Source of the DNA: Verrucomicrobiota bacterium
GTDB taxonomy: Bacteria; Verrucomicrobiota; Lentisphaeria; Lentisphaerales; Lentisphaeraceae
Assembly: GCA_039798785.1 (NCBI GenBank)
Contig: JBDKFG010000065.1
Coordinates: 1 to 28,273, forward strand
Direction: 5' to 3'
DNA length: 28,273 nucleotides
This document shows, in pieces, positions 27,438-28,273 of this stretch. Below the pieces are notes generated by a model that had not been told where the DNA came from, searched no databases, and worked only from the letters and a program-made list of their open reading frames with translations. Within the stretch, counting starts at the first letter, position 1, and each line of letters starts with the position of its first letter. Both the position numbers and the translations under genes were made by a program.

Positions 27438-28130
27438 TCAGCCCGGCGGGCGCCAGCACCTGCTGTCCCAATCCATCAGCTCGTGCGGATGGAAACGGCT
27501 CTTGTACTCCATCGCCCGGCAACCCGGCACAAGATAGCCGAGGTGATACCAGCGGCAGCCGAGCTCGGCGGCGAAACGGATCTCCGCCAAGGCGCCGAAG
27601 ATGCCAGGGGAGAAGTCGGCGAAGTCGGGATCGAAGAAGAAATAGACGCTCGACAGGCAGTCGCGGCCGAGATCGAGAAAACCGGCGGCGACGAGCCGGC
27701 CGTCGCGCCGGAACTCGCTCTGCAGAAGCCGGCCGCTGTGCCAGTGGAAACTGCGCTGATATTCCTCGCGGCTGACCTCGCGGCCATAGCGCTCGCGGTT
27801 GAAGCGGGCGTGGAGCTGGTAGAATTCGTCGCTCTCCTCCGCCTCCTTGAAGATCACCCGGGTGCCGCCGTTCTTGCGCTCCACCCGCCGCTGCGATTTC
27901 GATGCGGTGAAGCCGCTCACCTCCAGACGCAAGGGAGTGCACAAACGGCACTCGGCGCAGGCGGGACGGAAGATCTGCGGCCCGAATTTGCGCCAACCGC
28001 GATTGAGCAGCTCGTCGATCTCCTCCGGCTTAAGATCTGTAGCCAGGAAGAACTCCGTCCTTGACCGCCTTCCCGGCAAATAGGGGCAAGGTTGCTCTTG
28101 GTCAAGCGTGGGAGGAAGATGGAGACGCAT
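27438..28130 (-). CDS. ate: Arginyl-tRNA--protein transferase family (ATE/Bpt)
   Basis: CPYLPGR, GWRKFG, RPAC..C..C.PLR, SSVYFFFDP, YHLGY...C..M.YK..F.P.E. Confidence 0.88.
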   Translation of the reverse strand: MRLHLPPTLDQEQPCPYLPGRRSRTEFFLATDLKPEEIDELLNRGWRKFGPQIFRPACAECRLCTPLRLEVSGFTASKSQRRVERKNGGTRVIFKEAEESDEFYQLHARFNRERYGREVSREEYQRSFHWHSGRLLQSEFRRDGRLVAAGFLDLGRDCLSSVYFFFDPDFADFSPGIFGALAEIRFAAELGCRWYHLGYLVPGCRAMEYKSRFHPHELMDWDSRCWRPPG

Positions 28131-28176
28131 GGAGGTGTAATGAGTTCAAGTTTAAGGTTCAAGGATTAGAGTTTAA

Positions 28177-28273
28177 CCTGGATTCCGAAGCCGAATCCGG
28201 ATGAAGAAGGGCTGACTCATGGCAAGTTGTTTGTAAGCAAAGACAAACACGCCACTTGAGGAGTCAGCCCTTG
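28177..28273 (+). mobile_element. Left end of an IS1380-family-like insertion sequence (truncated)
   Basis: Begins CCTGGATTC (compare the ISEcp1 end CCTAGATTC) after an AT-rich TTTAA. A 12-bp stem AAGGGCTGACTC/GAGTCAGCCCTT covers part of the GAGGAG RBS and the TTG at the window end. Confidence 0.6.

Overview
GC-rich bacterial chromosomal segment; gene content (non-RD membrane Ser/Thr kinase, LamG-type protein, prenyltransferase-repeat protein, DUF1573, single-RRM protein) suggests the PVC superphylum, but this is inference. Most of it is housekeeping: 5-FTHF cyclo-ligase, rarA, YidE-type transporter, tkt, nadD-rsfS, pdxJ, rhomboid, rnc, recJ, creD and an arginyl-tRNA transferase. Both ends run into mobile DNA: the 5' end of a group II intron (1-160, minus strand) and an IS1380-like left end (28177 to the end). 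The most interesting items are: (i) a translationally coupled receptor-type metallophosphatase (1213 aa, TM plus LamG-like region) and receptor Ser/Thr kinase; (ii) an accessory patch behind tkt where two foreign-looking genes are each preceded by a copy of the same GC-rich hairpin, giving a cassette-like array; (iii) a NadD with an internal segment of about 180 aa; (iv) a DUF692/MNIO enzyme coupled to an unknown upstream gene with no visible precursor peptide; (v) a perfect cre-tag upstream of a DUF817-creD operon. No database searches were run; family calls rest on motif recognition.
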